A DNA stretch of 64,000 nt from Catajapyx aquilonaris (lineage: Eukaryota): the NCBI GenBank assembly GCA_000934665.2, contig JYFJ02001969.1:1-64000 (forward strand). Direction: 5' to 3'. The number at the start of each line of letters is the position of its first letter. Position 1 is the first letter of the stretch. Under the pieces are notes generated by a model. The model had not been told where the DNA came from, made no database searches, and was given only the letters and a program-made list of their open reading frames with translations. A program made the translations under genes and the position numbers. Below, one piece after another: positions 11,801 through 25,511 of this stretch.

Positions 11801-13312
11801 ATGCACATTTCATCTTATCAGACTTTGTATTATCGATCTTTCACTGTCATAGAGAGAAAGGTCACATTATTATTCTGGGATATAGAAGTTTGTGCTCTTG
11901 GTATGAACAATTTTGGTCAGTTTTAACCATGTTAGGACAGAACGCTTCCTTTTGGTCCTATGTTTATCGATGATAGTTTTTAATAGAATGCACCGTTTTG
12001 TCACTTTGTGTGCAGGCAAAATGCAGACCATGAACAGTTGATGCTGTGAAAATTTTCCCTTAATTTCCTCCCATGTGTGTCTTGACACATTCCATCATTG
12101 ACAACCAGTCTCAGACATTTTCCCCTGTTGCAGGTCATTGGAGTTACACACACACGATCCGCAAGCCAGAGGTCCATGGGCAAGTGGTTGAGGTTAAGAC
12201 GCAGATAACTCACCGTGACTACCTCAACATGCTGACACAGCGAGATGAGAACCATCTCACTGTCTACAAGAAGCGTCGAGCCTTCTTGTTCAATAATCAG
12301 TATTTCCAGCTGGACATTTACTGTGACCCCTGCCATCCTAGGTAATGACTGTCATATAATTAGTGCATTTCAAAAATGAGTACTATTTTGGCATAAATAT
12401 TTTGAAAGAATTACTCCCAAAAAAAACTGAATGGTCACATGATGGCACTACTATTCCCAATAAACACCACACAATCCATACCATTGAGCAAAGGATCTTC
12501 AGATGTTCTGCCATCTCCGGAAAATTTTTGGAAGGCAAGGACAGAGGGATGGACCCAAGGGACAAATGACTTATTGGTGGCAAAAGCCCTCAATATAAGA
12601 TTACAAATCTGGCATGACAGTTTGAAAACGTCTTTTATTGGCGTGGTGGTTGTATGTACCAGTAGCTAAGATCTGCATCACCATGTGCTTATGGTGATTT
12701 TTGTTAGAAATACATTTCGTAAAATTTTATGGCCAAATAGTGCTTTTTTTTTAAATTGTCAAGTTCAGACTTAAAAGCTTTCAGCATTGTCAGCTGTATT
12801 AGTTCCAGATTTGAATATGTTAAAATTTGTACCGAGTTAGAAATGTGCCTATGTGCCAGTAATCTCAATTAGTAATCTAAGAATTATTGTGGGAGTGTGG
12901 AGGGAAACTACCACAATGCTTCTGGGTGTACGAAAATAGCTTTTGATACACCTTATTGTAATGAAATGTTTAATTTTTAAATGCAGATGCCGTGGGTTAA
13001 TATTGCTCGAGACTTATACAACCCTCCCAACTGATGACCTGCGGAAGCGACTTCCTTCCTTCCTGACTATCTTGAAGGAGGTGACAGGTGACCCAAAGTA
13101 CTCCATGTTCAACCTGTCCCTCAAGGACGACTGGCCCAACAACAAGAATTTCTGTCACAAATTGGCAGGTGAGACTCTAATACCCGAGAAACTTGCCTTT
13201 AAGCCTCTCTCCTGTAACATCAACATTTTTTTTCATGGCATGTTCCCCCCGGCGTGGTTTTCTTCTTGCAGGTTGTAAACAAGGGAAGGCGTGTGGTAAT
13301 ACAAACGAGTGA
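8830..13312 (+). CDS. Ttd14: TRPL translocation defect protein 14-like (N-terminal P-loop NTPase plus C-terminal CYTH-like domain)
   Basis: Phase-consistent exons 8830-8896, 9628-9695, 9805-9842, 9915-9952, 10150-10278, 11017-11294, 11350-11545, 12134-12341, 12987-13168, 13272-13312. Walker [49 protein letters not shown]. Start may instead be the ATG at 8848. Confidence 0.88.
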
Positions 13313-14313
13313 GATCAGAGAAGTAGCGAGGAGAGAGTGCAAAACGTTGCAAATGCGCAGCACAAAAAAAGCATCCAGGACATGCTGCACACGTGAAAAT
13401 GTGTGCATGTGAGAGAGAGAGAGGATGTGACAGATTGGCACTATGTACATCATGCCTCATTTGAATTTCTTCATGTGTGATCTCAGCAATAGCTTTTAAT
13501 AGTGACATGGCTCCTTTTCATTTGCAGGTTACTGCCATTTGTTAACCACACTTTGCTGTCATGGTGATTAAGTTGAGAGCTTCCAATGTACAATTATTGA
13601 AGGAATAATTCATATGTTGGTTCTATGTTTCATGAAATTCGTTTTTTAAGATATGCAGTTATGAAGAATTAACATGCTTCTGCCAAGGCCCATTCACACA
13701 AGTGCTTTATTTACTGCGCCCACTGAGTTCATCATGCTTGACCTGCACTGCATGGAAATTTGTTTTTTTGCAGAGGAAAAGTATTTTCAGTGTGGCATTA
13801 ATTGCAGACTTCGGAAAGAGCAGTATAAACAGGGATTGTCTGAAAGGGGCAGTGCAGAGTCATTCAAGTTCCCCCCTCTGTATGCAGTTAACGACAATTT
13901 GACATCAGTGACACTTTTGTTAAGTATTCTACCCCAAACTTTGCTCCAGGTTTGGAGTAGCCCTCCACAGTGAAGTTCAGGGGCAAAAAATTCTGACATT
14001 AGCATACTTTGTTGGGATTTTTTGACCATTTGTTGTGTGGAGAAAACTTTTTAAAAATATGCTATCACAGCATGTGTTTTGCCACTACACAAATATTGTG
14101 TTGGTTTGATTGAGCCTTGGTTGAGGCTTGCTTACTCTTGACACAGAAATGCACTTAATAATCCATGGCGACCAATTTAGTTCTAAAAATATTTTTTGCT
14201 GTGTACGAAAGGCCTGCCCATACTATCTATATCAGTTACATTATAATGTTGCTGCAATACGAAGCTTCCACATTTGTATGTGCCTATGCCAGTTTTCACA
14301 AACCTACATTCAT

Positions 14314-14915
14314 TTAACCTTTTCATTCCGGAATTTTTGACGAAATAGGTCCTATGCTGAGGTTCCGGGATTTCTTTTCGCCTGAAATGCTCAAAAGTGT
14401 ACATTTGGACAACCTGACTAATCCTTGCCCTTCACTGTACAAGTATGAAAATGATATAAAAATTATCCTTGTCAACCAGAGCATTCTTTTGCAATCACAG
14501 TAAATGCTAATTGAAAATAGTTATAATTTTCTCTCATTCAATACCAAATTCGAATATTTCAAAGCCCCCTATGGTTCATTATCCGGTTTTTGTAACCCAC
14601 CGATATTTTATAATTATCATTTATCATTTAGGAGTTTATTATTATTTTCTTTCAAGTCTGGATATTTTAGGGCCAATAAATGGCGATGGCCTTTATAACA
14701 TTTGGAATAAGAAGAGGTGTCAGGCACAGAGGCTATGAAAGGATTGGGAAAGAGAGTGGTCAAGCATATAACTTAGGGCTCGCCATTGGTTAAGTGGTCA
14801 GGGGTGGGATAATCCCTCATTTTGGTGAAGGAAAGAAAAATATTTATGCTCCCCAGAATGGGCTGAAGGAGAGTTTTGAAACCAGAATATAGTCTTCCTG
14901 GAACGAAAAGGTTAA
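14314..14915. mobile_element. TTAA-flanked (piggyBac-like) MITE downstream of the Ttd14 stop
   Basis: TTAA-ccttttcattccgg ... cctggaacgaaaagg-TTAA terminal inverted repeat. Confidence 0.6.
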
Positions 14916-17900
14916 AAGTATTTTATGTAACAGCTGGCATAATCCTGTAATTTTAATTTACATATTGGACGGGTCTTATGGCTTGTACAGTACCTTTGTC
15001 AAGAAAGTGGTAAAGTGCTCATTGTTTTATTTCAAATTGGGATTATATGAACTGCAGTACTTGTAATTAATGTAAGTGGTGTGGATGGGTCTTGACAATG
15101 AAATTATGTGCTCTCCACTTAATGTTCTGAAGTGAGGTATTTTATTGCTTCAATTAGGGACAAGTTGTGTTGGAAATGAATGACTGAATGGGAATATGAG
15201 TTTTCCAGTGGTTAACAAGTTGGTTTTGTAATCTTGTTAGTTTTGCCCCTAGCTGGAAACCTTATAAATCCATACGTTGGCATCCCTTCAGAATAATCAG
15301 TGCTAGATTTTATGCTGCATTTTCTAGTCATGTCTTGCCTGCAAGGCACTAGCGACGCAGTTGTATTGAGGAATTATGTAGTTCTGTTTAATATGGAGAA
15401 ATGCTTGCTCGCTGAATTTAGCAATATTATAAGCATCAATATGCACACTTATTTTAAGACTTATCTTTACTCAACAAGTTGGCACTAATTCTTAGATTGT
15501 TAATCCAATTGCTTTGGAACATTTTTGGCAGACACGTTTGAAGAGGCTGCTGTTCCTCCAGTCCAAGGACACGCCGAAGGATGTCTGGTGAACGGGTTTT
15601 GATGGTATTTTACCATCTATTTGTTGCCCCCCCACTTCCCACAATTTCCAAGGGTAGTCATTCTCTGTAGACTTATGTCTGTGTCCACCTTTCAGTTCTG
15701 CATTATCATCACTTTCTAACACAGCTTGACTTGCGTTTTGTAGCTTATCCTGTTACATCATTGGTAGGTTCCAAATGACACGATGGAAACATTACTGCAG
15801 TTACAGTATTTACTAGTAATGCTAGCACAAAGTTGGCTTAATTGTTGACTAGTATTTCCATTGTTAGTATTTTTCAATGTTTATTCATGTGGTTCAAGGC
15901 ACTATTTTCAATGCAAATATGAATTTATTGTTGAACTTTTTTTTGTCTCTTCCCTTAACGGTTGACTTGCTCGACACTGTTGGCAAGAAGAATTTTGCAA
16001 TTTACAAAATAAGACTTTGTGAACTTTTTGATCGCTGCAAGAGTCAGATGGAAATATTTTTGTGACACTTCGTAAGTGTTAAAAATAAGGCAGTAGTTGT
16101 AAATGTTTCAAGGCATCCTTTTCTTTTCCTTATTTGAATCAAATGCCATGGAAAGTATTTTTGTCATCCGGTGATAATAACTTAAGAATTGAATATGTGG
16201 TACTTAACGCCTAACTGCAAACACAGCTAGTAATTTCTCTTGGTCCTAAGAGCAACAATATTAGAGCAATGGATCTTAACGATTCTCATTGATTGTAGTT
16301 ACTGTGATGAAACAAGTCAGTAGTAAGTAATTATGTGGCTGTGATTAGGACAAGAAAAGAGGGGGTGGAATCCAGTTCTAGTGGGATTCTCCATAGATCA
16401 TTGTTGTGTGTTGTCAAGCTATTCAATCATGCTGGGGAGAAAATGAACTAATGTAACATTACTACCGGTAGCCAAAGAAATTTGTTATTAGAATTCATTG
16501 ACAAATGTTTTGTTTCTGCATACTGCTTTGTGTTTTACAGGCTCTTGTGTGAATTTACATCTTGGAGATGTAGACCATGTCTCCCTGTCGTAGTTTCATG
16601 TGAAATGTTGTTTTTAAGTAGCACTAGCACTTTTGAGTTTGTAACATTTGACATAGTATAAATCTATGTTAGTTTCGTTTGCATCACATTTTATTTTCCT
16701 TGGTTTACTTACCCAAGTCCTGACTGAAACGGTTAGGAGTTGTATGTATTGGAACTTGGAAGTGACTGTGGGAGGGTTGATCAAAATGACGAGGTGCATG
16801 GAGAAGAAGTGATCTAGAATTTGTTCTCAGCATATAACAGCATGGTAGGCCTATGAGATATGATGACCATCTTTTAAATCCCCAACTTGATTATAACTTC
16901 AGTTAAGTATTTTCAGGTCAATAACCTCCTTCGCTCTCTGAAATTACAGCTTGTTGAAGCCACCACCATTGGATGGCTGGTAGTAGTACGTACAAGTCAT
17001 AGGTGTTCCCATATTTCAATTTTCTAATATGCTCAATGCAAGAAACAAGAATAATTCACTTTCCCTACTTATTCAAATGCTATTGCAAATTGATGACATG
17101 TGGCCACAAAAGACATGGAACAGCAAGGGATCGCAATTCCTCAGCTGACCTTGGTAATTCTGCTGCAGTAAGGAGGACTGGTTTAGGAAGCGATTACTTC
17201 TTTCCACTGATGTAATTTTGAAATGGATAATTCCATTTTTTCTCTCTCGAGGTTTAGGAACACGAGGTGGGATTTTAGGGCTCAAAAATATTGCTGAGAG
17301 CACGTTCCGTTCACCCTTTCTCTGATGTGCTGTGTATGTCTGTTCCTGCGCAGAACATAATTTCTGATGTACATGATGAGTAATTAATTTGGCCATAAAC
17401 TTCCAGTGCCTTTTTGGGAGGCGTGATCAAGCCAAGATTCCTTCATATATTGTCACATTATTTTTCCATGTCTCTTGCCAAATGGAAGGGCTTGGTTACA
17501 AAAAATAATGTCGTTAGGTAGAAGGGGACTAGTGAATAAGATGTAGTGAAGGAAAGGGCAAGACCTGCGAAGAACTTGGGCACACCGTATGCGATGCAGT
17601 AGGGAAACTTACAGTGCCAAATCATAGTAGTTTACAACAATCCTGCCTGGCTGGAGCATATGATTTTGCTCTGCATCGTGTACATCTTCCTCTGGTGTGA
17701 CGTAGCTTCAGATATAATTGGTATATGTTAACAGTGTGGTTAACATACTGCTAAGGAGCACTCCTGCATGGCCTGTAATCACTATCTACTGTGGCTCGAG
17801 GAATGTAACTTGATACGTAACAGCCCACATTCAAGAGTTCACATTACACAGGCATGTAACCACACATTAGTGAGGGGAGGTGTAGCAATTTCCTAACTGT

Positions 17901-19389
17901 GCGTTAGGACACAGGACGTAATTTCCCCAAGGACAGCTCACAAGGCGAAAAAAAATAAATTGAAACCAAGCCCTTCAACAATGTTTAATGCTGCAAATAA
18001 GTGTATGTCGCTGATTTTAATCAGGTGACGGATGTCACACTGACCAGCATTCTATTGCAAAAATTATTGTGATCATGCCTAACCTTTGCGCCACCAACCT
18101 CATTTCAGAGCTTACTACTGGTGTGGCTATTCAAAATGTTTGTCCAGTTTGCTGTATTTTTTCACCGTGACTTTGGAATGCTCAGTAGTGCATAGGGGAA
18201 GTCAAGCTTAAGTCATGACGTCTAGTCTCACTCAAACCAGTTATGTTAGCTGTTAGTGCTGTAGATGCAGGAGCCGTTTTCCACATGGCTCATACTTGAT
18301 TTTGACTTGTTTCGACCCCTGTTGAAAGTCAATTACGCAATATGTAACTTGCACTTTTTAATTGTTGTAATTTGCATGTTTTGAAAACTGATGCACAGTT
18401 AACCATGTCAATCTTCCTCACACCAACTGTGAATGTACCTGATTTTGAAAAAAATTCTTATTGCCGTTTTTGGCAAGATGCCTGCCGCTTATTATAACAA
18501 ATTATCGCAGTATTACTTGTATTAATTATTACTGTAATAATCCGAAATGGAAGAAATATTACTTAAATTAACATTTGTAAATTGTGTACCATATTCTCTC
18601 CATGACTGTTTTTCACTGTGCCAGTTGTGGGTTGCAATTCAAGAAAATAAAACGAAGATACCAATATTTCCCGAAATTGTGATATTTTCCTAGACACCAT
18701 TTTTGTACAAAGATTTCTTTATTTGTTTCTAAGTAATCAGTGTGAAATCTCCATCCCATATGGTAATATAACGCTCACATAAGACATTATTAACATTATG
18801 TACAGGGCTGATTTTTTTGCTTGGCGGGTCCCAAGATGACTTGGGATGCTACTTGCAGCATCACTACAAACTGTCAATAGCAAAAACATAGCAAAAAAAA
18901 CCCACGCATACTGTACAGTAGCAGGCCAATCCCAGTTTGGGGGCCTTTAGTTTTAATGCTTCATTATTTCCTTGACATACCTTGTGTAGATAGTGATACA
19001 TAATTTAGTGGTGCAGTATTAGTAAGTGGAACACAAGCACCAGGCCGGCTCCACCAGATGATAAAATAGTAGTTGCTAATAGTTTGGCACTCCTTGGCCA
19101 CATTACATTTGCACATTCCGTCAGATTCCGTCATTACCACCGGGATACAAGCTCTTTGGATCAGTCGCATCAGAGCCAGGACACATTATCCAACATGAAA
19201 AGTGACTGGCAAATGGTATTTATAATTATTCTTTGCTGACAAGCATAAAATTTCTATTTCCTGTCACTAAGACAGCCAAAAAATATTTCCTGGCAGCTGT
19301 GCACTGAGCCCTTAATGTTGCATGTACAGCAGAACCACTATAGCGGACATGGTCATAGAATACTAAGGTCTGGACACTCCCACCTACCC

Positions 19390-19679
19390 CCTGCCGGGGT
19401 GTTTTGCATGAGGTGCTCACCTGAGAGGGCCACGAGACCTTTCACTGCACAGTTATGTGGCGACCCTACCGGACTACGCTGAACTTTATAGGTACAAAAG
19501 TGAAGCGCTACATTGGGGGACCCAATATGGTCGCCAGTGGCCATGGTGGGCCTGCATGTAGCGCTTCCCTTTTGTACCTATAAAGTTCAGCGTAGTCCGG
19601 TAGGGTCGCCACATAACTGTGCAGTGAAAGGTCTCATGGCGCTCTCAGGTGAGCACCGCCTGTAAAACGCCCCGGCAGG
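19390..19679. repeat. Long near-perfect inverted repeat (foldback hairpin)
   Basis: Arms ~19390-19513 and ~19557-19679 are reverse complements with few mismatches. The ~43-nt spacer is itself partly self-complementary. Confidence 0.9.
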
Positions 19680-20692
19680 CGATAAGATCAGAACGTAGAG
19701 GTAGTGTCCGGGGGCTGATAGCGGACAATACTAAACAAAGAAAATAATCAAGCTTGTGAACATGTCTTGGAATTGGTGCACCAGTCCTGGTCTGGGTAAT
19801 TTGCAAAACTACCTTTAATTCAGCTACACACAAGGGTTTCCATAGTGAGAAACATAAACATATTTTCCATTGCCATGTTACAGTTTCTGCTATACCCGGC
19901 AAAAATAGATTGGAAATCCTAAATTTTCTTGCAGTAGAGAAATTCTTGCTAATGTCCCTAGCTGACATAGTCAGGTTTCACTTTAGTAGGTTGGTAATAA
20001 ACTATCCATTCTACATAATTAATTCTGACTCTCTCATGCCACCGCCTTCATGGTGATGCCATACAACTTCGACATTTTCCACCACAGCAATTTTGAAAGA
20101 ATATATTTTTCAAGGACACTGAAAAGCGTGAATACGTACTACTATTTTGTACCTGTTCATGTGTTCTCAGCTATCAATCGCCAAAACTATTTCTTTTGCA
20201 TTTTAGTGCAACATGAAATGTGAAACATCACTCGAGTGGTGGTGATGGTATGAAACAATTGGATAATGCTAAAAGAGCTAAGCAACTGACCATACTAAGC
20301 CGACCAAGTTGAAGATTGAAAATAAATAATTCCCTTAATGAATGAAGTTTGCCACAAGGTTTCACCTATTTTGCAACTAACCATTCATTTTTCATTTTGG
20401 GCCTTTAGAAGTCCATTAAAATTATCAGTCAGTATTGCATTTTGGTAATTACGTACGTAACTGATGTAATGCTCATTTTACAGAAACTTGCAAGACATTT
20501 CATAAACAATCCGTTATAATTAATTTGCCTTAAATACTTATTGCATAACAATGTGCAGTAACATCATGGTTGGCAGTTGTGAATTTCTTTTAAAAAGATG
20601 CATTAAAATTTCACAGCATAGAACAAGGAAAGTGGTCAGGGGCAGGCATATACATTTTGCACAATCGCCGGAGCAACCCAAAATCATATCAT

Positions 20693-20900
20693 TCAAGTCG
20701 TAGCCTTTGAAGCTACCACCCAAGGCATCTCCTTAACCTGCTGCCTCTTGTAATCCTTCATAATCTTCTTTCCTGGAACCAAATTCCTAGACAACCCAGG
20801 CCTCTTCTTCCCTTTTTTCCCCAGCTGTCCTTCTGGGTCCTGCTCCTGGGGACTTGACTGTCCTGCTGCACTCTGGAAATACTCCCCCTCTGTCTGTTGC

Positions 20901-20931
<31 letters not shown>

Positions 20932-22328
20932 CCCACCCTGGGTTGGCCTCATCCGTCCCCTGCCCTCGAGGCAGATCCGAATCATGTGCAAACTTGCAGC
21001 GATGTCCAAAGTGGCATCGCCCCTTGCGATAGTTCCAGCATATCTGTCGCCCATTTATGGTTGTGACCTCCTGCGGGGTTGGACTCAACTTGACATGCTT
21101 CTCTAGGAGGGCCTTCTTAGCTTCTTCAGCAGCACGGAACGGATTGGCAAAGACTGAACTGGAGACACTACTTCCTGGTGGGACTGAAGGGGATGCAGAA
21201 GAAGGCGAAACAGGGTGCTTGGATTCACGAAGAGGTTGAGTAGCCAGAGTGCGACGTCCTCTGAATGGGTTCACCAACTTTGAATCGTCACTTTCAGCAC
21301 CGGATGGCCTGAAATATTTGGGAACGTTATCAATATCAGATGTTGGGTATTATTATGATATTGGTCATCATCATTGCCATATGTGTAGAGACATTGTTGC
21401 CAGGATGTACCACAAAACTAAAATAGGAAATTACATCAGGTAGAAATCCATAACAGAAAAATTACAGGCACATCTGAATCAACACTCATCAACAAAAATA
21501 TGAAAAAAATATGTAAATCTGCCATATGCTTTGCGAACTTCTAAGGAGATAATAACAGACTTGTTTGTACAGAGTGATACTTATAACACTTGGCACAAAT
21601 CATTGTCTCTTGGAAGGATCTCTAGAAAATTACGCAAGCATATGATGCAGCATTACATAAACCCAATCCCAAATGTGCAGTCAGCACCTGACAAATCTAA
21701 TGCTGCATAACAACATATACTATTTAAAACATTCTTACATCATTTCCCATAATAGTTGTAAAATATTGGTATCTGTGACCTGTGACATCCATAGCTTGAT
21801 AGCGCATACATGTCACAGTGAAACATACGTAAAATCTCAATGCCCTGATCCCAACTTAAATTCTACCCATCACAGACGGAAACTCTCTGTGTTTTTAAGT
21901 ATTCTACGTTAAGTCGGATAACATTCTATTAATTACACACTTGTAAGTACTCGTAGCTCATTAATACATTAGTAGCGATACTTTTCCACTGTAACGGCCC
22001 ATGTGCAATTGCTCATGACTGGCGCCCTAAGCATGCTACATGCCCCAAGGATTCAATGTCCAACTTCCACCCATTGTCACAAAGTTGGCCTAAGAGTCCA
22101 CCAAAATTTTATCTCGCCGCATGTCCACTCTGGAGAATGCCCTTGGGTCCTTCCAATCCAATCAAGGCCTATGCAGTCCACCCGTGAGAATCCTTTCTGC
22201 CCTGCCCCTTCCCTATCGGAAGAGGCGTGGGTCCTGATCAGTTACCGGTCGCTGTCGTCCTGTTCTCGGTCGGAATCGTCCTCCTCGCTTTCGGAAGTAG
22301 ATCCGTAGTCCGCCACCAGAGACGCCAT
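20693..22328 (-). CDS. Small uncharacterised CCCH (C3H1) zinc-finger protein with polyQ tract
   Basis: Exon 1 22328-22246 (MASLVADYGSTSESEEDD, phase 2) joins exon 2 21308-20693. Motif CWNYRKGRCHFGHRCKFAH = C-x7-C-x5-C-x3-H. Basic C-terminus KKGKKRPGLS. Confidence 0.8.
20894..20929 (-). repeat. CAG/CAA microsatellite encoding 12 Gln
   Basis: (ctg/ttg)n run on the plus strand inside the CCCH gene exon 2. Confidence 0.9.
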
Positions 22329-23135
22329 TTTTTGGTCGACGATATTCGGACGCGCCTTCTCATGGCGTGACGTCAGAGCCGTTTCGCTATGACGTCACAC
22401 GCAGACAGAATACGGTACTGTATGCATCCACATCTGGATTTGATTAATTTTTTAAAAAAGATGATCGATATGTAACTATGCGTCTTTTCATTTGATTTAC
22501 ATAGCTCTAGACGTCTACATAACCCCTTAGATTATTTAACAACCACTTGCACAAAAAGGTATTTTTTTGGTCATATGCTGATGACGCTTAATCAATCAGT
22601 TTAATGTCACCTGAGAGTGTCACATATCTTCACAGCAAGGTGAAGGTCAATTCGTATACACATGCGTGTTTTCATCGTCTTGAAAGGACAAAGGAGAATA
22701 GCATATGAGGTGTACAGCAATGAATGATATCGTTACAATTGATTTTCAATGACGACATTTTCAGCTGCTTTGTTGATCAAAAAATGGATTGCATGTTATG
22801 TGAAGATGAATTATTACGTATGGGAAAATACCTCAGAGACCACTTAAAGTAGTAATTAATATTACTTCAACCAGACCAGTAGCTACTGCAAATTACCTAA
22901 CAATTTGTTCATTTCCATTTTTTCCCCCTTGGCAAGGTTGACACAATTCGCGAAAATGGACCAGTCCTTCATGACTACATAACAAAGGTCGCTGTCCTGA
23001 TAACCCAGCCCTCTGTCATCTATCATACGAGTTAGACAAGCTGGATAAGTCCCTAAGTATCCTAGCCCCCTTGTTATACACTCTCACATAGTGCACAGCA
23101 AGTGTCACGAAAGGACCCAGAGAAACATTTTTAAA

Positions 23136-25511
23136 ATGCTGGGAAATTTGGCTCGTAGTTTTGTGCGTAATCATAAATTCGCGCTTAGAATACCATCAAG
23201 AAGTGTAAGTACTTACTTCCTTTGCTTTTATGGTGATTAACATCATTCGCAATTGTATTTCTAAAGGAAATGCAATTTATTGTATACCAAATTTCTGTGC
23301 AGTATTTAAAAAAAATTGCTATGACATTTATGAGAGGTATATAGAGGGCTGATATAGATGAGCCATATTTTCCATCTGCTATATGAAATGTAAGTGCAAC
23401 TTTGCAGTTTGAATAGTGCTAATGTGTCGCAATAAATTCCGCCCTATATATCTGTAAAAATTCTCAATAAGCCTTTGCAGTACTTCAGAAAGATTATGTT
23501 ATCATTAGCACTCTGCACGTGGAATCAAAAGTTCAGATATGATTCTTGTCACATAGATAGTCGAATTATCTAACTTATTTTTGTCTCACGGTCAGTACAA
23601 GTCAACCTTGTTTATGCATATATGCAACTTTATTCCATCAGCAAAGTGTCACTGGTATTCAACAACGAAGGACACATACCACAATTAATTAATATGTAAA
23701 TGTTCTCAGGTAACCAACAGTGGTCACAAACTATCAGTGACAGTCACCAGAGAAGACACTTTGCTATTCGACAATCACTCTGTTGTGTACAGCCAGAAGA
23801 AGACCTCTGACTTAATAAGGGCTTTGTTTGTTCTAAGATTAAGTTCCATCGATGGATTTGTGGACCGAAGTCTACAGGTAAAAACTGGCCATTTCTAGCC
23901 TCGCTATGCATGTTGATAATGTAACTGGTTTCTGCTGGTTCATACTGCACTAATCTGGCAGTATATCCAAGAGTGACCTTCAGATGCAGGAAGTTTAATT
24001 CAGCGAAAAAAAATAATTGCAGCTGTTTGAATGGGGACAACGACTTCTTGGAGCTAAAGGACTTGGGTTGCTTCTTAAACCCACGTTTTACAAGCAATTT
24101 GTTGCTGGAGAGGACGAAAAGGAGTTAATGACCGCTTTGAATATATTACATCAGCAAGGGGTTAGATTGATGATGTGTCCAGCACTGGAGGAAGATGTGG
24201 GACAAGCTGGACAAAGGTGACTCACATTTGTGTTTTTAACTATTGTTAATTAATTTTTAAAATTATCAGACAGAAATATGAGGACAATCTGGCTGAGATG
24301 AAACAGTTGGCAGAAATGACAGCTAGAGTGGAGCCAAGATTGCCTATGTTGCAGCTTAAAATTACATCACTTATGTCGGCTGATTGCTTGGTACACTCCG
24401 CAAATACATGCAGTAATGAATAGAATTAAAGCAACTTTTTTGCAGGAAATAGTGACAAAGCAGTTAATAAGTGGAGATGTGTCAATGTCGGCATTGGTGG
24501 ATGAAGCGACAAATTATGTGTGTGGAGGAAGAGCACCGATGTTGCTCCATCTTGAGCCAAAGTTCCAGGAAGAGTACATGGATGGATTAGTTCGATTGCG
24601 TGATTTTGGTGCGAAACATTAACCCAAAGTGTTGCCATAATCACTTATTAAATTTTTGATCTGTAGCTTCAAGTGTGCAACAGCATAATCTCCGGCTTCT
24701 TGTGGATGGGGAGTTCACCTACTTGCAGCCATCGATTGGACTAATGGGACTGTACTTGATGGCACTTCTCAACAAGCGCAAACCTATTGTCTGCAACACT
24801 TACCAGTGCTATCTACAGAGAACTCCACAAACACTAGAGACAGAGCGCAGAGCTGCTCAAGAACTTGGAATTTGCTTTGCTGCCAAGGTAGTCCGAGGAG
24901 CATATCTGGAACGAGAAAGGTGGCTGGCAAAGACAGAAGGCTATCCAGATCCTACTAATCCTACCTATGAAGCTACTACAGCCACATATTCCAGGTAAGA
25001 ATTGAAATCTATCTCAGTTTACCCTTTGCAACAGTGTGCCTTTTACAACCAGCGTAATGGACAACATGTTGCGGTATGTGAAATGCCAACCAGCAGACAC
25101 TTGCTACTTGGTAGTGGGCACCAATAATGAAGATTCAGCTCGTCTGGCAGTACGAAGGATATCAGACTATGGTCTGGACCGGTCTGATGGCTCTGTGGTT
25201 TTCGGGCAAGTGTACGGGATGGCTGAACAAGTCTCAGCTTGCTTAGGTAAAATTCCCAACATTTACAACCACATGAACTGTGATACAGTCTATGAACATA
25301 TGTTGGGACTGAATTGCTAACACCCGTCATCTCTTCTTCAGCTGCCTCGGGTTACATAGTGTACAAGTCAACTCCAATAGGACCTCTCTCAATACTCCTG
25401 CCATACCTGGCCAGAAGAGCAGCAGAGAACAGAAGCGTGTTCCATGGGTCACGGAGAGAGAGGCAATTACTCTGGAGAGAGCTGCGGAATCGTGTTTTCC
25501 CTTGGGCTTGA
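23136..25511 (+). CDS. Divergent proline-dehydrogenase-family protein, hydroxyproline dehydrogenase (PRODH2)-like
   Basis: Phase-consistent exons 23136-23204, 23710-23877, 24023-24216, 24270-24390, 24446-24608, 24667-24994, 25053-25246, 25342-25511. Motifs [48 protein letters not shown]. Arg-rich, acid-free N-terminus resembles a mitochondrial presequence. Confidence 0.82.

Noticed and set aside
13310..13700. Selenocysteine recoding of the Ttd14 TGA
   Set aside because: No convincing SECIS hairpin by eye and no redox-motif context.
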